DNA of 64,000 nt, from positions 41,298 through 105,297 of the forward strand of contig DATDSO010000004.1 of assembly GCA_035291225.1 (NCBI GenBank), in the 5' to 3' direction. The position numbers and the translations under genes are program-made. Positions within the stretch are counted from its first letter, which is position 1, and each line of letters starts with the position of its first letter. Positions 16,956 through 26,598 of the stretch are shown in pieces. The DNA comes from an archaeon (GTDB taxonomy: Archaea > Aenigmatarchaeota > Aenigmatarchaeia > Aenigmatarchaeales > JACQIB01). The notes beneath the pieces are model-generated. The model saw nothing but the letters and a program-made list of their open reading frames with translations, did not search any database and was not told the origin of the DNA.

Positions 16956-17438
16956 ATGCCAAACGTAATCGTCAAAGCTTTAGTGGAAGGAGGCAAGGCA
17001 AGTGCAGGTCCGCCTCTTGGGCCAACTTTAGCTCCATTGAAAGTAAATATTGGGCAAGTGATTGCTGCTATCAATGAAAAAACAAAAGAGTTTGCCGGAA
17101 TTTCTGTTCCTGTTTCTGTTGAAATTAATCCTGCGACAAAGCAGTTCACAATTTCTGTTGGCACTCCGCCGGTTTCGCAATTAATAAAAAAAGAATTGAA
17201 GCTGGAGAAATTGGCAAAGACAGCATGGAAAGAGCCGGCTGTCGGAGATTTGAAAATTGAGTCTGCTGTGAAAATCGCAAAATTAAAATTGGATTCTCTC
17301 GGGACAAAGAATTTGAAAAAAGCAACAAAGGAAGTTGTAGCAACCTGCGTTAGCTTGGGGGTTAATGTTGAGGGGAAAAATCCGAAGGAAGTCTTAAAAG
17401 AGATTGAAACGGGTACGTTTGATTCTAAGTTCTCTTAG
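16956..17438 (+). CDS. rpl11: 50S ribosomal protein uL11
   Basis: N-terminal GGKASAGPPLGPTLAPLKVNIG, typical of L11. Confidence 0.9.
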   Translation: MPNVIVKALVEGGKASAGPPLGPTLAPLKVNIGQVIAAINEKTKEFAGISVPVSVEINPATKQFTISVGTPPVSQLIKKELKLEKLAKTAWKEPAVGDLKIESAVKIAKLKLDSLGTKNLKKATKEVVATCVSLGVNVEGKNPKEVLKEIETGTFDSKFS

Positions 17439-17512
17439 AAACATTATTTTCTGAAATATATGCCAGACCGAAAGCTTTATATTGCTTCGGTTCGTTTATT
17501 TTTAAGATTAAA

Positions 17513-18091
17513 ATGGCAAAATTGTTTTGGGTGTCGGCTCTTGTAACCCTCGGATTGATAGCTTTGCAGGTTTCCGGCTACCCTACACTTGAGCTTATAG
17601 TCGTGTTCCTTCTTTTAGACGTTATAGTCGCGCGCTATTCTGGGGAGAGAGCAATAAGAAATTTCGGAAAACAGGCCGAGGAATATTCAGGCAGATTTTC
17701 AGGATTCAAAAATTCTTTGGGGGAAATTGAAAAAGCTGTTAATGAAACGCAGAAAAACATTGGCGAGCTGACTTTTTTTATGCAGGAAACAAAAACAATG
17801 CGCGCCACCGAGCAGACAACTCTTGGAACAATACAGGCTGCTCTAGATAGGCATAAGGAAGATTTGAGAATGGATTTCAAGAATGATATGGACAGGATGG
17901 CTGGAAAATTTATTGAAATGGAAAATGATTTTCATGATTTCAAGCGCGGGTTTGCTTCTGCAATTGGAGCAATGGATGACAGGTTGAAAATGATTGAGGC
18001 ACCGAATGGAAATTCGAAGGGGGCGCCGGAAACAATCGCAGAGCAGATTAGCGAAGAATATGCGGAGATTGCGCCTGAGAATCAAAATTAA
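17513..18091 (+). CDS. Hypothetical membrane plus coiled-coil protein inserted between rpl11 and rpl1
   Basis: Two N-terminal hydrophobic helices, then a region that looks like a helical coiled coil. Confidence 0.4.
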   Translation: MAKLFWVSALVTLGLIALQVSGYPTLELIVVFLLLDVIVARYSGERAIRNFGKQAEEYSGRFSGFKNSLGEIEKAVNETQKNIGELTFFMQETKTMRATEQTTLGTIQAALDRHKEDLRMDFKNDMDRMAGKFIEMENDFHDFKRGFASAIGAMDDRLKMIEAPNGNSKGAPETIAEQISEEYAEIAPENQN

Positions 18092-18146
18092 GCTTATGAA
18101 GTCTGGTGTAAATCAGATTTTACGCACTCCCTAGGGAGTAGCCACT

Positions 18147-18812
18147 GTGGCAAAACTGGTTTTTATGCCTGAAGAAAAAGTTTTGGCAGCTGTAAAAGCT
18201 GCGCGGGAAAACTCAAAGCAGAGAAAATTCAAGCAGACGTTTTCTCTTTCAATTAATCTGAAAAATCTTGATATGAAAAAACCGGACAGCAAAATAAAAA
18301 CCGAAATTATTCTGCCACATGGGTTGAGCGAAGGCTTGAAAGTTGGAATTTTTGCAGATGCTCTTCTGCCTCAGGCAAAAGCGATTGAAGGAGTTTCTGT
18401 TATCAGAAGAGATGAAATTGATTCTTACGGAAAAAATAAAAAGGCGATGAAAATTATGGCTGGGCAATGCTGGACTTTTCTTGCTGAAGCTCCTCTCATG
18501 CCTAGCGTTGGAAAAGCTTTCGGGCCTGTGCTTGCTGTCAGAAATAAAATGCCAAAGCCAATTCCGCCGCAGCTGCCAAATTTGAAAGGGGCTGTTGATG
18601 TCGCGCGGAAAACTGTCAGAGTGGCTTTGAAAGAATCGCCTGTTGTTCAAGTGCCTGTTGGCTCGGAAGATTTTGATGATAATAAAATCGCAGAAAATAT
18701 TGAAGCTGTTATCAAAGCAATAGAAACTGCCGCACCCAAGGGGAAAGAAAATCTGAGAAATGCTTATCTGAAATTGACTATGGGAAAACCGGTTAAATTG
18801 GAACTGAGATGA
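18147..18812 (+). CDS. rpl1: 50S ribosomal protein uL1
   Basis: Typical uL1 sequence (KQRKFKQTFSLSINLK...). The start codon is GTG at 18147, or ATG at 18165. Confidence 0.9.
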   Translation: MAKLVFMPEEKVLAAVKAARENSKQRKFKQTFSLSINLKNLDMKKPDSKIKTEIILPHGLSEGLKVGIFADALLPQAKAIEGVSVIRRDEIDSYGKNKKAMKIMAGQCWTFLAEAPLMPSVGKAFGPVLAVRNKMPKPIPPQLPNLKGAVDVARKTVRVALKESPVVQVPVGSEDFDDNKIAENIEAVIKAIETAAPKGKENLRNAYLKLTMGKPVKLELR

Positions 18813-18816
18813 TTTT

Positions 18817-19671
18817 ATGCAAAACAAAAAAGGCCGAGCAAACCCGAATGAGAAAAAAATAAAGCAGGCTGAAATGCTTGCTGAGCTTATTGGGAAATAT
18901 AAAATCTGCGGAATGCTGAACTTATACAAAATGCCTGCGCGCTCATTCCAGAAAATAAAAAGGGACTTGAGCGAGCGGGCTGTGATAAAAGTCGCAAAGT
19001 CCGCTGTGCTTGTGAAAGCTTTGGAAACCGCTGGGAAAAAAGAGCTTGCGAAAATCATTGCGCCCCAGCCTGCGATTATTTTGACAAATGAAAATCCTTT
19101 TAAGATTTTCAGGTTTATACAGAAAAACAAAAGCAGGGCTGCTGCGAAGGGCGGAGATGTCGCGCCAGCAGATATTGTTGTGCCAGCAGGACCGACTGAC
19201 ATTCCGCCGGGTCCTGCGATTTCCGCTTTGACAAAAGTTAAAATTTCCGCGCGCGTTGAGGGAGGAAAAATTGCTGTTGCAAAAGATTCTCTTGTTGCGA
19301 AAAAAGGAGAAGTGATTTCAGCTGAGCTTGCTTCTGCTTTGTCTATGGTAAAAATTGAGCCAATGGAAATCGGGCTTGATGTTGTCGGAATGCTTGAGGG
19401 CTCGGTGCTTTACGGAAAAAATTCGCTGGCTGTTGATGATGAAAAAGTTTTGGCGGATTTAATTTCAGGAGCGAATGCTAGCTTGAACTTATCAGTATTT
19501 ATTGGCTGGCCCACAAAGCAGAATATTGAATTGCTGCTTGCCAAGGGATTCAGAGAAGCAAAAGGAGTTGGAGTTGACGCGGGGGTTTTGGATTCAGGAA
19601 TTATTGAGGATCTGCTTGCGAAAGGAAAACTGCAGGCTGATGCGCTTGCGGGGAAAGCTGGAATAAATTAA
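18817..19671 (+). CDS. rpl10: 50S ribosomal protein uL10 (archaeal P0)
   Basis: 284 aa and archaeal P0-like. Sits between L1 and L12. Confidence 0.85.
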   Translation: MQNKKGRANPNEKKIKQAEMLAELIGKYKICGMLNLYKMPARSFQKIKRDLSERAVIKVAKSAVLVKALETAGKKELAKIIAPQPAIILTNENPFKIFRFIQKNKSRAAAKGGDVAPADIVVPAGPTDIPPGPAISALTKVKISARVEGGKIAVAKDSLVAKKGEVISAELASALSMVKIEPMEIGLDVVGMLEGSVLYGKNSLAVDDEKVLADLISGANASLNLSVFIGWPTKQNIELLLAKGFREAKGVGVDAGVLDSGIIEDLLAKGKLQADALAGKAGIN

Positions 19672-19826
19672 AAAAATAAAATTTAAAATGAAGAATACAA
19701 ATCAGAATGTGTGTTAAGAAAAAAATATTTGCGCAGAAATTCGTATGCCGAAAATTTCTTTTCCGACACATAATTTAAGGGAAGCTCTTCATTTAATAAA
19801 AAATAATATTCACCAAAAATAAAAAA

Positions 19827-20138
19827 ATGGAGTTGAAAAAAATGGAACTAATATACAGCGCTTTGCTGCTGCACGCGACAAAGCAGCCTGTCAATGAGGA
19901 AAATGTTTCAAAAGTTTTGACAGCTGCTGGTGCGCCTGCTGAAGTTGCAAAAGTAAAGGCATTAGTTGCGGCACTGGATGGAGTCAATATAGATGAGGCC
20001 ATTGCAAAAGCTGCGATGCCTGTTGCAGTTGCTGCTGCACCAGCTGCGCAAGCAGAGAAGAAAGAGGAAAAGAAAGAAGAAGACACAGCGAAGAAAGCAG
20101 AGGAAGCTGCTGCTGGACTCGGCGCGCTTTTCGGTTGA
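19827..20138 (+). CDS. rpl12: 50S ribosomal stalk protein P1 (archaeal L12)
   Basis: Ala-rich hinge, acidic KKEEKKEE stretch and the archaeal/eukaryal C-terminal GLGALFG. Confidence 0.85.
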   Translation: MELKKMELIYSALLLHATKQPVNEENVSKVLTAAGAPAEVAKVKALVAALDGVNIDEAIAKAAMPVAVAAAPAAQAEKKEEKKEEDTAKKAEEAAAGLGALFG

Positions 20139-20195
20139 GATGAATTAAATTTTATTTTTCATCTATGAGACCGGCGCGGCTAGTCTTGCATATTT

Positions 20196-20543
20196 CTATT
20201 CAGAATCATATTTGAAGTGGCATTTCGCGCAAAGAAATTTGAAATATTCTTCTATCGGCAGATGATTTTCTATAATCATTTTTTCGGTGTTTTCGAGGTT
20301 GATTTTTATTTTAGTTTTTTCAGCATCTGTAAAAAATTTCTTCAAATTATTTTCTATAATTTTCTTTCTATCTTTCCCTTTTATGTGGGCAGCTTCCAAC
20401 TCGCATTTTTCTCCGCATATTTGGCAGATACTATTTAGTTCTTTTTTCTTCTTCTTTGTTAGATATTGAATTGCGTTTCTTATTCTTGGTCCAATAAACT
20501 TATGAAACTCTTCAATACTACCAATAAACTCAGCCATGAACAT
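20196..20543 (-). CDS. Small HNH-motif endonuclease
   Basis: CQICGEKCELEAAHIKG together with CAKCH gives an HNH/zinc-ribbon signature. The protein is 115 aa. Confidence 0.5.
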   Translation of the reverse strand: MFMAEFIGSIEEFHKFIGPRIRNAIQYLTKKKKKELNSICQICGEKCELEAAHIKGKDRKKIIENNLKKFFTDAEKTKIKINLENTEKMIIENHLPIEEYFKFLCAKCHFKYDSE

Positions 20544-20596
20544 TTTCAGATAATCAATATTATAAACCTTTTTAATTCTACCAAATATCTTATCTC

Positions 20597-23311
20597 ATGC
20601 CCATCGCCAAAAAAGAACTCCTCGCGCAATTCCAGCAAAACTGGAAAAAATATTGGGATTTGCAAACTCTGAAAGATTTGGATTTCAAGCGCCAGCAGTG
20701 CAAAAGCTGCAGGAAGTTTTTCTGGGCGCAAATCCAGCAGGAGAAATGCAATGATGCGAGCTGCAGGGAATATGAATTTCTAGGAAAGCCGATAACAAAA
20801 AAGAAATTTGATTATTTTTCCGCGTGGAAAAGCGCGCGGGATTTTTTTGTGAAGAACGGGCACGCCGAGCTTGAGAGATATCCGACAATCTGCAGGTGGT
20901 TCCCGCTTTATTTCACAATCGCGGGCATTGTGGATTTTTACAGAATGAGCGGAAGCAAATTTGTTTTTGAGTTTCCAAAAAATCCCGCGACTGTTCTGCA
21001 ACCTTCTCTACGCTTCAATGATATTCCGCAGGTTGGAGTTTCCGGAAGGCATTGGACTTGCCATTCGCACATTGAGCAGGCGAGCATCTGGGATGGAAAA
21101 AAAGGATACTGGAAAGAAAAATGCATTGAGCTGGATTTTGATTTGCTCACAAAAGTTTTTGGAATAAAACCTGAAAAAATAAATTTCATTGAGGACGCAT
21201 GGCTTGGGGCGGGCGCGTTTGGTTATTCTCTTGAATATCATGTTGCTGGAATTGAATTGGGCAATGCGGTTTTCACAGAATTCGCTGGAACGCCTGACAA
21301 ATTTGAAACCATGAAAGAAAAAATCATTGACATGGGAGCCGGGCTGGAAAGATTTGTATGGGTTTCGCAGGGAACTCCGACAAGCTATGATGCTGTGCTC
21401 GGGCCTGTGTTGAAAAAATTTATCAAACAGGGAAATGTTCAGTATGATGAAAAATTCTTTTTGCAGTATGCGAGAATGGCAGGAGCTTTGAATGTTGATG
21501 AGGCGCCGAATGTTGAAGCTTTGCGCGCGGAGATTGCAAGAAAACTCGGAGTGAGCAAGATTGAGCTTGAGGAAAAGATTGAGCCTATTCAGGCCATCTA
21601 TGCGATTGCAGACCACTCGCGCTGCCTGCTTTTCGCGCTTGCAGATGGGGGAATTCCTAGCAATGTCGGCGGCGGATATAATCTGCGCGTGATTTTGAGG
21701 AGGGCTTTGGGATTCATTGATAAATATAAATTTCCGTTTGATGTTGTTGATTTCTCTAGAGATGTTGCGAAATTTTTCAAGCTACAGCATCCCGAGCTTC
21801 TGAAAAACATGGAGAGGTTTGAGGAGATTATCAGAGTTGAAGAAAAGAGATACAGGGGCGGGATGGAAAGAATAAAGAAAACTGTTTCTAGTATGATTGA
21901 GAAAAATGAAAATTTTTCCGAGGAAAAGATTATTGAGCTTTATGATTCTCATGGGATTACGCCAGAAATTCTTACTGAAGTTGCAGGGCAGCGCGGGATA
22001 AAGCTGGACATCCCAATGGACTTGTATGCTCGCGTGACTGCAAAGCATGAGAAAGAAATTCCGGAGAAAAAAGATTTTGGATTTTCTGTTGAGGGCCTGC
22101 CTGAAACACGGACACTTTATTATGAGGACATGAAAGTTAAAAAATTCTCCGGGAAAGTTATTGGATTTTTCAACGGAAAATTTGTTGTGCTGGACAAAAC
22201 TTTATTTTACCCGCGCGGCGGAGGGCAGGAGCCCGACCATGGAACTTTAGGTGGGAAAAAGGTTTTGGATGCGGAAAAAATTGAAGGGGTTATTGCGCAC
22301 CATGTAGATGGAGGAAATTTCAAAATCGGGGAAAATGTTTCCGGGGAGATTGACTGGGACAGGAGATACCAGATAACTCTGCACCATGATGCGACTCATG
22401 TGATTAACGGAGCGTGCAGAAAAATTTTGGGGCCTTGGCTCTGGCAGGCGGGCTCAAAAAAAGATTCCGACAAAGCGCATATTGACATGACGCACTATGA
22501 AGCTCTCACGCCAGAACAGGCTGAAAAAATAGAAGAGCTTGCGAATTCTGTCTGCGAGAAAAATTTGAAAATTATTAAAAAAATTTACCCGCGGCAGGAG
22601 GCTGAAAAGAAATTCGGGTTTGGAATTTACCAAGGGGCTGCTGTACCTTCCGCTGAACTGAGAATTGTGGATATCGGAGGGTTTGATATTGAAGCCTGTG
22701 GTGGAACTCATGGGGACGATACAAAAGATATTTCGCCTATTATAATTACAAAAGTTGAGAGGCCGGCTGACGGAACGATTAGATTAACTTACAAAGCTGG
22801 GCCAGCTGCTAGAAAGTATTTGGAAGTTGTTGAGAAAAATTTGGAAGAGGCTGCTGGAATTTTGAAAGTGAAAAGAGAAAAAATTCCTGCGGCTGCCGAA
22901 AAGCTTGTGGCCGAGTGGAAAGAGAAAAGAAAAGAACTTGAGCAGATGCAGAGAAAAATTGCCCAGAGCTCTGCGGAAAAAATGGAGTTTGAAAATTTGC
23001 GTGGGCTGCGCATGCTCGTGAGAGAAATTTTTGGAGCAGACCCGAAGCAGTTACAGGAAATTTCTCTGAAGCTTTCTGGAGCTGATACTGTGATTGTTTT
23101 GTTCGGAACAACAAAAGAAAAAGTTTTTGTTTTCGGCTCTGCTGGCGCCACTGCGGTGAAAGCTGGAATTAATGTTGAGAAAATTGTTGCTGAAGCTTGC
23201 AAAGAGCTTGGCGGGAGAGGTGGTGGAAGAGAAGGATTGGCGCAAGGAAATGGAATTGCAACAGATAAGGTTAAAAGCCTTTGCAGCAAAATAATTGAAG
23301 GATTGAAATGA
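20597..23311 (+). CDS. alaS: Alanine--tRNA ligase (archaeal type)
   Basis: 904 aa. Editing-domain motifs (HHDATHVINGACRKILG; CGGTH) and the C-terminal DHH-like domain. Confidence 0.92.
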   Translation: MPIAKKELLAQFQQNWKKYWDLQTLKDLDFKRQQCKSCRKFFWAQIQQEKCNDASCREYEFLGKPITKKKFDYFSAWKSARDFFVKNGHAELERYPTICRWFPLYFTIAGIVDFYRMSGSKFVFEFPKNPATVLQPSLRFNDIPQVGVSGRHWTCHSHIEQASIWDGKKGYWKEKCIELDFDLLTKVFGIKPEKINFIEDAWLGAGAFGYSLEYHVAGIELGNAVFTEFAGTPDKFETMKEKIIDMGAGLERFVWVSQGTPTSYDAVLGPVLKKFIKQGNVQYDEKFFLQYARMAGALNVDEAPNVEALRAEIARKLGVSKIELEEKIEPIQAIYAIADHSRCLLFALADGGIPSNVGGGYNLRVILRRALGFIDKYKFPFDVVDFSRDVAKFFKLQHPELLKNMERFEEIIRVEEKRYRGGMERIKKTVSSMIEKNENFSEEKIIELYDSHGITPEILTEVAGQRGIKLDIPMDLYARVTAKHEKEIPEKKDFGFSVEGLPETRTLYYEDMKVKKFSGKVIGFFNGKFVVLDKTLFYPRGGGQEPDHGTLGGKKVLDAEKIEGVIAHHVDGGNFKIGENVSGEIDWDRRYQITLHHDATHVINGACRKILGPWLWQAGSKKDSDKAHIDMTHYEALTPEQAEKIEELANSVCEKNLKIIKKIYPRQEAEKKFGFGIYQGAAVPSAELRIVDIGGFDIEACGGTHGDDTKDISPIIITKVERPADGTIRLTYKAGPAARKYLEVVEKNLEEAAGILKVKREKIPAAAEKLVAEWKEKRKELEQMQRKIAQSSAEKMEFENLRGLRMLVREIFGADPKQLQEISLKLSGADTVIVLFGTTKEKVFVFGSAGATAVKAGINVEKIVAEACKELGGRGGGREGLAQGNGIATDKVKSLCSKIIEGLK

Positions 23312-23694
23312 CAGAATATGAAAATGACAGTGTTGGCTACAGTATTGAAGATGGTATTGTTACTTTCTGGGGCCCTGATAGCGGAAATATTTTTTATAGA
23401 AACACAATAACAGAGCAGCCTGTGCAAACTTACAGAGACTACACAAAAGATGGCGAGTCTGTCACGATACAATTTGTTCCTGGCTCCGAACTGGGCTATG
23501 GAGTTTTAGGCAGGTCTTTGCCAGAAGAAAATTTCGCGCAGGTTGATTATTCTTTGATTGGAGAGGCGCGCGAGCTTGTTTTGAAACATGAGCTTTGCCA
23601 CATAGAATATCCAGACTGGAGCGAGTTGCGAGTGAGAGAAGCAACTGATACTTTGGAACCGAGCGAGGTTTTAAAAAAGAGTAAATTGAAGTGA
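23308..23694 (+). CDS. Hypothetical small protein with HExxH motif
   Basis: Overlaps the alaS stop. Contains LKHELCHIEY, which could be a zinc-metallopeptidase motif. Confidence 0.35.
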   Translation: MTEYENDSVGYSIEDGIVTFWGPDSGNIFYRNTITEQPVQTYRDYTKDGESVTIQFVPGSELGYGVLGRSLPEENFAQVDYSLIGEARELVLKHELCHIEYPDWSELRVREATDTLEPSEVLKKSKLK

Positions 23695-23851
23695 TAAATT
23701 TATGAAAGATTTACGTGCAAATGAAAAAATCCTGCGAAAGGCTGCAGAAGTTTTGAACACAGAGCCAGAGCAGGTGCCGGCTGTTATTAGAAAATTTCAG
23801 AAGGAAATTGAAGAGGCTGAAAGGGAAATCAAAAAATTAAATGGTTAGAGC

Positions 23852-26560
23852 TCATTCCGCCAGATGTCCGCCGATTGCCCCGCCACCTACAAATGGAACT
23901 TCTGGCTGAACTGGAGCCTCAACCGGAGCTGAAACTTTTTCAGGCGGTTTTGATTCTTCTATTTGTGTTGCTGAAAGTCCGAGAAGTCTTGCTATGAAAG
24001 TAATTATTGAACGCAGAAGTTTTTCAACTGTGTTTACCTGCTGGCCTGTTTCTCTGGAAATCTCTTTTGTCTCGCTGATTTCTTTTCTTATCTGTTCGAG
24101 CTTTTGTAACATTTCATCCTGGCTTGATTGCTGTGGACCGCATTGCTCTTTCTCGCAGGTCTTTAGGCAGTTTTCCACAACATCTATTCCAACACCAGAA
24201 GAAATTGTTTTGCACTTTGAAATGCACTCTTTGTCAAATATTTTTGTGCATGTAGGAACTGAGCAGGATTTTTGGAAGCAGCCAGGACCGCAGGAAACTG
24301 CCTGGCAGAATTCGTCCCCTTCAATCGGCGTTGGCCGGAATTCCCTGTACTCGTATCCTTTTTCATATTTCACTTCAAGAATCTGTGTTGAATTTGAAGC
24401 TGCATATCGCGGGCTTTGCGCAGAGAGCTCCAAAACATATTTTCCTTCTGGACAGTCTGGGAGAGAAATGAATTGATTTGAATTGTATCTCTTAGTATTG
24501 TAATCCCAATAATATTCTGTTTTTTTCACACAGCCCTGCGCATCCAGCGGATGCAGATAACCGGAAAGTTTTACATTTTGGTCAGCGGCTTTTCCCAATT
24601 CATCTGTCAGCTCTGCGTAAAGCTGTATGTCAGCACCATTGCTTACCGACTTCACGCGCGCGCCGCTTTCAATATTTATTTTCTGCAAAACAACTTGGAA
24701 TTCTTTTTCAATTGAAACTTCTTCATATCCTTTCGCACCAACTTTAAGCCTTAAAACATAAGTTCCGACTGGGCATGTTTCCTGCAACCAAATTTCATCA
24801 ATGAAATATTTTTGTATAAATTGCCCCTGATAAAATATCGGGCCCTGCGGATTTGCGTATTGCTTGCACTGTTTTATTGAACTCACATATGGTGGGTAAT
24901 CGCCTGGCAGTTCCCTTGTTTCTTGTGAAAGAGGAAATACTTCTCCATTAACATAAGCGTCCGGAAGGACTTCGCCTGTGGGTGATGTAACCAGCATTTT
25001 CAGGAACATTCTGTCTCCAGGCTTGTAGGATGTTTTATCAAATTCTATCTTGATAGTTATTTTATCGCGCGTGATCTTCAGAACTTTTTCAAATGTTATT
25101 TTGTCCGGATATTTTTCCACTTTTACTTTAAGCTTGTATTCGCCTGAAGAATACCAATCCTCTATTTTTCTTTGGTCAAATTCATAAACTCCGTTTGAAT
25201 ATGTCGTTGTGAAAAACTGAACTTGCGTTCCTTCTGGGCTGACTAGCTGCGCTTCTACATAAGCATCTTTCAGCTCTACGCCAGACTGGTCAATGACTTT
25301 TATTTTTCCACGGATGTAATCTCCTGCCTTGAGGTCTGTTTTTTCTAGAGCTATATCAGCGGAAATCGCGCGCTTTTGTATTGTTACTGAAGCTGAAGCA
25401 GAGGCTTCCTGCTCTTTCCACTTTACCTTCGCATTAAATGTTAAAGTTTTCCCGACATCCTCAACTTTCGCATAGTAGTCGTACCTGTATTCATCGCCGC
25501 TTGCGTATGGGTAAGCGATTTGAACCAGAGCTCCGGTTTCATCTCGTATGTCCGCCGTCCATGAGGGTTGGATTTTATTTCCGTTTTGGTCAGTTGCTGT
25601 TATTATAAATGAAATCTTATCGTTTCCGTAATATATTTCTTTTTCAGGCTTCGCTGTTATTTTTAGTGTGGGCTTTTCAACTGTGAAAGTTTTCGTCAAG
25701 GAAACGGAGGGGTAGTTTGTTTTCGAAGCTTTCATTTCAATTGTGTAATCTCCCAAATAACTTTCTGAAAGCCACGCAGTCGCCTTATAGCAATCGCATA
25801 GGTAGGAATAAGATGGGTAAAGATAATTTTTAACAACTCCGTCCTTTTTTATTGTTCCGGAAACAGAAGCGTCCGTGACAAGCTTTCCGGTTTCATCTTT
25901 TACCGTAAGCTTGAGCTCCATGCTTTCCTGCGGGAATGTTTTTTCTTTCACTCCAGTTAAATCAGCTGTTAATTGTTTTGCTGTTGTTGTGGTTGTTGTA
26001 ACACCCGCTGTTGTTGTGGTTGTTGATGCGATGGTTGTGGTTGTTGCCTGCAAGCAAACTCCATCAGAGCACCCAGCACTGCCACAATTTACTCCTGCTA
26101 CAGAAAGCATTCCAGTTGAAGATTCACAATAAGCTTCGTTTAGTTGGGCCGAAGTTACGCAAAGATCATTGATAGTTTGATAGGATCTTATTGTCGCTCC
26201 TCTATAATTTCCAGAGCCGGTTCCTTTTACATAAATGCTGTTTCCGCCATCAGAATCCGTGCAGGCTTGGAGTGTTGTTGCGCACGCTGTTGAGGAGTAA
26301 GAGTTCCAGCAACAATATCCTGAAGTTTCAGTTATGTAACCGTTTGCATTTCCTCTGTTGCATGTGCAGCCTGCTGCAGGTATTGCTCCCTGTGAACAGC
26401 TTGCTCCAGCACTTGTGCAGTCGCTCGCGCAATTTTGTTTGGTTTCATAAAAATCGCAATAGCCGTTGCCACATGAAGATTGTGTTGTGGTTGTCTGCGC
26501 GAGAGAAATTGATGTTAATAAAAGAAACATTAAAGCTATTCCAATATAAAGCTTTCTCAT
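23852..26560 (-). CDS. Large secreted/surface protein with N-terminal Cys-rich module, Thr-rich linker and repeated beta-sandwich-like domains
   Basis: Signal peptide. Cys module CTDSDGGNSIYVKG...EAYC...CSDGVC. Poly-Thr linker. A further Cys-rich block near the C-terminus, then a hydrophobic segment. Total 902 aa. Confidence 0.55.
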   Translation of the reverse strand: MRKLYIGIALMFLLLTSISLAQTTTTQSSCGNGYCDFYETKQNCASDCTSAGASCSQGAIPAAGCTCNRGNANGYITETSGYCCWNSYSSTACATTLQACTDSDGGNSIYVKGTGSGNYRGATIRSYQTINDLCVTSAQLNEAYCESSTGMLSVAGVNCGSAGCSDGVCLQATTTTIASTTTTTAGVTTTTTTAKQLTADLTGVKEKTFPQESMELKLTVKDETGKLVTDASVSGTIKKDGVVKNYLYPSYSYLCDCYKATAWLSESYLGDYTIEMKASKTNYPSVSLTKTFTVEKPTLKITAKPEKEIYYGNDKISFIITATDQNGNKIQPSWTADIRDETGALVQIAYPYASGDEYRYDYYAKVEDVGKTLTFNAKVKWKEQEASASASVTIQKRAISADIALEKTDLKAGDYIRGKIKVIDQSGVELKDAYVEAQLVSPEGTQVQFFTTTYSNGVYEFDQRKIEDWYSSGEYKLKVKVEKYPDKITFEKVLKITRDKITIKIEFDKTSYKPGDRMFLKMLVTSPTGEVLPDAYVNGEVFPLSQETRELPGDYPPYVSSIKQCKQYANPQGPIFYQGQFIQKYFIDEIWLQETCPVGTYVLRLKVGAKGYEEVSIEKEFQVVLQKINIESGARVKSVSNGADIQLYAELTDELGKAADQNVKLSGYLHPLDAQGCVKKTEYYWDYNTKRYNSNQFISLPDCPEGKYVLELSAQSPRYAASNSTQILEVKYEKGYEYREFRPTPIEGDEFCQAVSCGPGCFQKSCSVPTCTKIFDKECISKCKTISSGVGIDVVENCLKTCEKEQCGPQQSSQDEMLQKLEQIRKEISETKEISRETGQQVNTVEKLLRSIITFIARLLGLSATQIEESKPPEKVSAPVEAPVQPEVPFVGGGAIGGHLAE

Positions 26561-26598
26561 AAAAATCTTTTGTTTTGCCTATTTAAAAAACAATATTT

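Noticed and set aside
18249-19202. 317-aa ORF antisense to rpl1/rpl10
   Set aside because: Low-complexity, Phe/Ser-rich translation of the reverse strand of well-supported ribosomal protein genes. Judged a spurious ORF.
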